From Breznakia blatticola (GTDB taxonomy: Bacteria; Bacillota_I; Bacilli_A; Erysipelotrichales; Erysipelotrichaceae): a stretch of DNA of 32,000 bases. Position 1 is the first letter of the stretch. Each line of letters opens with the position of its first letter. Made by a program: the position numbers and the translations under genes. The DNA lies in assembly GCF_004365815.1 (NCBI RefSeq), contig NZ_SODD01000009.1, forward strand, positions 1 to 32,000, given 5' to 3'. Shown in pieces: positions 28,484-32,000 of this stretch. A model generated the notes under the pieces. It was not told the origin of the DNA and did no database searches. It was given only the letters and a program-made list of their open reading frames with translations.

Positions 28484-29763
28484 TATTTTTTTCCTAATAG
28501 TCTAAACATGTTTTTCTTATATACTTCAACCCCTGGTTGATCAAATGGGTTTTCATCTAACATCAACACAGACATTGCAACTGCTCTAAAGAAGAAGTAT
28601 ACAAGGTATCCAAATGAGTGTGAACTCATATCTTCAACTTCGATTAATAAGTTAGGAACATTTCCTTCAACTTCGTGTGCTTCAAGTGTACCTTGCATTG
28701 CCATTTTATTTACCCAATCAAGAGATTTTCCAGCAAGATAGTTCATGTTATCTAAGTTATCTGCATCTTCAGGGAAAATAACATCTTCAGTTGGATTTTT
28801 AAATAAAACTAATGTTTCAAATACAATCTTCAATCCATCTTGAACAAATTGCCCCATTGAGTGTAAATCTGTTGAGAATGTTCCAGCAGCTGGGAAAATA
28901 CCTTTTCCGTTCTTGCCTTCTGATTCACCGAACAGTTGTTTCCACCATTCAGCTAACATCGTTGTTTGTAAGTCGTAAGTAATAAACATTTCGACATTTT
29001 TACCTTGGTTTTGTAGAATACGACGAGCTACTGCATACGCATATGCAGGATTCTTTGATAAATCTGCTGTATCAAAGTCATTAAATGCATCAGTTACCCC
29101 TTGCATTAATGCATCGATATCAATTCCAGCAACAGCAATTGGTAATAATCCAACAGGTGTAATTACTGAGAAACGTCCTCCGATATCATTAGGAATTACG
29201 TATTTCGTGTAACCTTCTTTTGTTGCTAAATCAAATAGTGTACCTTTTGTTCCATCTGTTGTCGCAATGATACGTTTTTTTGCTTCATCTTTTCCGTATT
29301 TCTTTTCGATAAATTGTTTAAATAAACGGAACGCTAATGATGTTTCAGTTGTTGTTCCTGATTTAGAAATAACGTTAATCATTACTTCTTTATCAGCAAT
29401 ATAGTCTAACACTTGTTTTGTATATGTACTTGAGAATGTGTTTCCACAGAAAATAATTTCAGGTTTATATTTATCTTTACCATATAATCCGTTAATCATT
29501 TCGATTGCAGCACGTGCTCCTAAGTATGAACCACCAATACCACAAACTAAGTAAACTTCACAGTTTTCACGAACATATGCTGCATCTTTTTTGATGCGAG
29601 CGAATTCGTCTTTATCATAGTTGTTGCACCAGTCAACCCATCCTAAAAAGTCATTTCCTTTTGCTGTTTTGTTCATGATTGCATCATGAAGTTCATTCAC
29701 TTGTCCTTGGTATGAAGCAATATCTTCATTTAAAAACGCGTGGTCTGTGTTTAATTTAATCAT
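28483..29763 (-). CDS. pgi: Glucose-6-phosphate isomerase
   Basis: The Firmicute-type PGI pattern is present (GIGGSYLGARA, ISKSGTTTE, GGRFSV, ESEGK). The GGAGG SD favours the second ATG at 29763 over the track start at 29766. Confidence 0.95.
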   Translation of the reverse strand: MIKLNTDHAFLNEDIASYQGQVNELHDAIMNKTAKGNDFLGWVDWCNNYDKDEFARIKKDAAYVRENCEVYLVCGIGGSYLGARAAIEMINGLYGKDKYKPEIIFCGNTFSSTYTKQVLDYIADKEVMINVISKSGTTTETSLAFRLFKQFIEKKYGKDEAKKRIIATTDGTKGTLFDLATKEGYTKYVIPNDIGGRFSVITPVGLLPIAVAGIDIDALMQGVTDAFNDFDTADLSKNPAYAYAVARRILQNQGKNVEMFITYDLQTTMLAEWWKQLFGESEGKNGKGIFPAAGTFSTDLHSMGQFVQDGLKIVFETLVLFKNPTEDVIFPEDADNLDNMNYLAGKSLDWVNKMAMQGTLEAHEVEGNVPNLLIEVEDMSSHSFGYLVYFFFRAVAMSVLMLDENPFDQPGVEVYKKNMFRLLGKK

Positions 29764-30118
29764 CATTTTCCTCCTGTAACGTTTCTTTGATCCAAATAGG
29801 AAGTTTTTCTTCCAATGTACGAAAACCTAATTTATGTTCCGGTAAAAGTTTTTGCACATTCGAACGACGATATCGTCCTCCTTCTTTGCGCAAAGCCTTT
29901 AAGGATAGTTTAAAATGGTGATCATCCTCTCCTAAGTCAAGAATCTTCACCTGTAGTATTTCTTCCATTTGTAAATACTGACGAATATCGTGAATATAAT
30001 CGTCTGAAACTTCAGATATATGAAGTAGACCATTGTGATTGTCATCAATTCTTACAAATGCCCCATATGGTTGAATTCCTGTGATTACCCCTTCAACTAC
30101 ATCTCCTACTTGATACAA
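29756..30118 (-). CDS. S1 RNA-binding domain protein (YugI/CvfD/general stress protein 13-like)
   Basis: VGDVVEGVITGIQPYGAFVRI....GLLHISEV is a canonical S1 domain. The TTG start is preceded by a GGAGG SD 8 nt upstream. It overlaps the pgi start. Confidence 0.85.
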   Translation of the reverse strand: MYQVGDVVEGVITGIQPYGAFVRIDDNHNGLLHISEVSDDYIHDIRQYLQMEEILQVKILDLGEDDHHFKLSLKALRKEGGRYRRSNVQKLLPEHKLGFRTLEEKLPIWIKETLQEENDD

Positions 30119-30248
30119 TAGCGTTACCTCCTATGAGAAACATTATATCACAAACAACTCACAAAAAAATAAGGAATAGAAAGCAAACCTCTATTATTTT
30201 TTATAAAACATGCTATAATACATCTCAGTAGATAAAGAGGTGTATAGT

Positions 30249-30497
30249 ATGGCAACTAAAAAAGAAGAAGAGATTATTGCTGTTATCAATAAAATGCGTC
30301 CTTACATCCAAAGAGATGGTGGAGACGTTGAATTTTCGAAATTTGAAGACGGCGTAGTATATGTCAAAATGTCAGGTGCTTGTATGGACTGTTTAGCCCT
30401 TGATGATACAATTACATTTGGTATTGAAGCAATGCTAAAAGACGAAGTTGAAGGCGTTAATGAAGTTCAAGTTGAACAAACAGAAATGCATTTCTAA
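30249..30497 (+). CDS. NifU-like (Nfu-type, YutI-like) Fe-S cluster carrier protein
   Basis: MRPYIQRDGGDVEF...GACMDC carries the Nfu C-terminal-domain CxxC motif. The ATG at 30249 follows an AAGAGGTG SD. TGcTATAAT at 30211-30219 looks like an extended -10 element. Confidence 0.85.
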   Translation: MATKKEEEIIAVINKMRPYIQRDGGDVEFSKFEDGVVYVKMSGACMDCLALDDTITFGIEAMLKDEVEGVNEVQVEQTEMHF

Positions 30498-30520
30498 GCA
30501 ACCGAAAGGTTGCTTTTTTT
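30496..30520 (+). terminator. Rho-independent terminator of nfu
   Basis: GCAACC-gaaa-GGTTGC followed by seven T residues. Confidence 0.85.
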
Positions 30521-30526
30521 GTACAA

Positions 30527-30548
30527 TAAAAGAAGTCAAATGACTTCT
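30527..30548 (-). terminator. Rho-independent terminator of ktrA
   Basis: The minus strand reads AGAAGTC-attt-GACTTCT followed by TTTATTG, starting at the stop codon. Confidence 0.6.
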
Positions 30549-31210
30549 TAAATTAAATCTAAATTTTGAATCACATTAATGTGTGCAATCACAACAAGTC
30601 GATCATCAGCTTCAAGAATATATGAAGGATCTGGTGTAATGTTTAGTTTTTCATGAAACTTACGAATTCCTAGTACATTAACACCTAGTTTGTTGCGTAA
30701 ATCTAAATCAACTAATGACTTACCAACCCAGTGATTTGGTACTTTGATTTCAACGATTGAATATTCTTCATCAAGACTAATTTGATTGACGATATCATTA
30801 TTGATGAGTAAGTTTGCAGTAAGTGTCCCCATCGCTTTTTCTGGGCGAATAACTTTATGTGCACCTACTTTGCGTAACACCATTTCAAAGCGTTTATTTT
30901 TTGCTTTTGCTATTACCTGAGGCACACCAAGTTCTAAACAGTTTAATAAGCTCATAACGCTTACTTCTAGTTGTGTACCAACAGCAATTACTGCTACATC
31001 GCAATCTGCTACTCCTGCAGCTGTAAGTGCATCTAAATCTGTAATATCTTCACGAATTGCAACTGAGACAATGTCTTCAAGTCGTTCAACTGCTTCCTGG
31101 TCACGATCAATTGCAATAACTTCAATTCCGTGATTACTTAACGTTTTTGCGACAGTCGATCCAAAGACACCAAGTCCTAATACTGCTACTTGTTTAATTT
31201 TCTTTTCCAT
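30548..31210 (-). CDS. ktrA: TrkA/KtrA family potassium uptake protein (RCK, NAD-binding)
   Basis: VAVLGLGVFGSTVAKTL is a Rossmann GxGxxG motif, and a TrkA-C domain follows. The protein is 220 aa and starts 7 nt downstream of the membrane subunit gene. Confidence 0.9.
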   Translation of the reverse strand: MEKKIKQVAVLGLGVFGSTVAKTLSNHGIEVIAIDRDQEAVERLEDIVSVAIREDITDLDALTAAGVADCDVAVIAVGTQLEVSVMSLLNCLELGVPQVIAKAKNKRFEMVLRKVGAHKVIRPEKAMGTLTANLLINNDIVNQISLDEEYSIVEIKVPNHWVGKSLVDLDLRNKLGVNVLGIRKFHEKLNITPDPSYILEADDRLVVIAHINVIQNLDLI

Positions 31211-31217
31211 ATAGCTC

Positions 31218-32000
31218 CTATCCGATCATCAAACGCCCTTCAGCGTATTCGATATCTTTATGTTTATCTTCTCTAATAATAGAAGACAAGAATGTGATAA
31301 TACCAATTCTACCTACATACATCAAAGTAATAATTATCAGTTTTCCTAAAATTGGTAAACTTGCTGTAATTCCTAAACTCAAGCCCACTGTTGCCATTGC
31401 AGATACTGCTTCAAACATAATGGCTAGTAAACTAAAATCGGTTGCTGATGATAATATCATTATCCCAGTAAAAAGAAATAAGAAATTAAGTGTGAATACA
31501 TTTAGTGCACTGGCAACCGTTTGTAAGGAAAGTGTTCGATGGAAGACACTTGTTTTTGTATGTCCTCTTAAACTGCGAATAACAAAGATTGCAATAACTG
31601 CAAACGTTGTCGTTTTAATACCACCGGCAGTACCTCCAGGAGATCCTCCGATAAACATTGTCACAATCATCATAAATGCGGTTGGTTCATAGATTTTAGT
31701 ATAATCAATCGTTGAAAAACCTGCCGTACGTAGTGTAACTGAGTTAAATAACGAAGCAGATATCTTTCCATCAAAACTAAGTGCTCCTAGTGTATTTGGA
31801 TTGTTGTATTCATTAATGAAAATAAATAGTGCAGGCACAAAAATTAAGATAATTGTCATAATAAAAACAAGTTTTGTTTGTAGATTTAAACGCTTTATGA
31901 ATTGTTTAAATGGAATATGTTGTTTTGTTAGCAAATGCATTTTATCACGAACATCAAAGTACACGATAAAACCAAGTCCCCCACTAATAATAAGTCCCAT
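31218..32000 (-). CDS. ktrB: TrkH/KtrB family potassium transporter membrane subunit (5' end outside the window)
   Basis: The protein is polytopic with selectivity-filter-like TAGF and GGSPGGTAGGIKTTT motifs. The frame is open to the window edge. Confidence 0.9.
   Translation of the reverse strand: MGLIISGGLGFIVYFDVRDKMHLLTKQHIPFKQFIKRLNLQTKLVFIMTIILIFVPALFIFINEYNNPNTLGALSFDGKISASLFNSVTLRTAGFSTIDYTKIYEPTAFMMIVTMFIGGSPGGTAGGIKTTTFAVIAIFVIRSLRGHTKTSVFHRTLSLQTVASALNVFTLNFLFLFTGIMILSSATDFSLLAIMFEAVSAMATVGLSLGITASLPILGKLIIITLMYVGRIGIITFLSSIIREDKHKDIEYAEGRLMIG

Noticed and set aside
31294-31692. A 132-aa plus-strand ORF
   Set aside because: It is antisense to the KtrB/TrkH gene, whose selectivity-filter motifs are unambiguous.

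Overview
AT-rich chromosomal window from a low-GC Bacillota-type genome. Gene content and synteny resemble Bacilli/Erysipelotrichia, but the taxon cannot be proven from the sequence alone. There are about 37 protein-coding genes, nearly all on the minus strand. From 11.3 to 32 kb the window is a conserved housekeeping backbone: an RlmD/RumA-type rRNA methyltransferase, gatC-gatA-gatB, a CamS lipoprotein, ligA, pcrA, two tandem LCP (LytR-CpsA-Psr) paralogs, an ArsR/SmtB repressor with a P1B-2 Zn/Cd ATPase, an S1-domain/pgi/CpXC operon, nfu, and ktrB-ktrA (truncated at the window edge). From 0 to 11.2 kb there is a patchwork of small, mostly separately terminated stress, detoxification and unknown-function genes: two Rrf2 regulators, a DarT-like DUF4433 protein, a transglutaminase-like protein, YdeI, a DEAD-box helicase, DUF1697, a VOC protein, a TrmO-like protein, a BmrR-like MerR regulator, a PNPOx-family protein, an ASCH protein, a split lipoprotein and a possible DinB-like protein. 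I saw no rRNA, tRNA, CRISPR array, transposase, integrase or prophage gene. I did not find a convincing multi-gene novel system. The observations most worth follow-up are: (1) an orphan DarT-like gene with no DarG partner and an apparent Glu-to-Lys change at the catalytic motif; (2) a textbook MerR-type 19-bp-spacer promoter feeding a short TrmO/TsaA-like gene; (3) a translationally overlapping pair of Rrf2 regulators, one with a Cys cluster and one without, expressed from a probable leaderless promoter; (4) a lipoprotein gene split by a single in-frame TGA; (5) a well-defined ArsR/SmtB operator and promoter. All functional calls come from reading the supplied translations against remembered family motifs. 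No database search was run.
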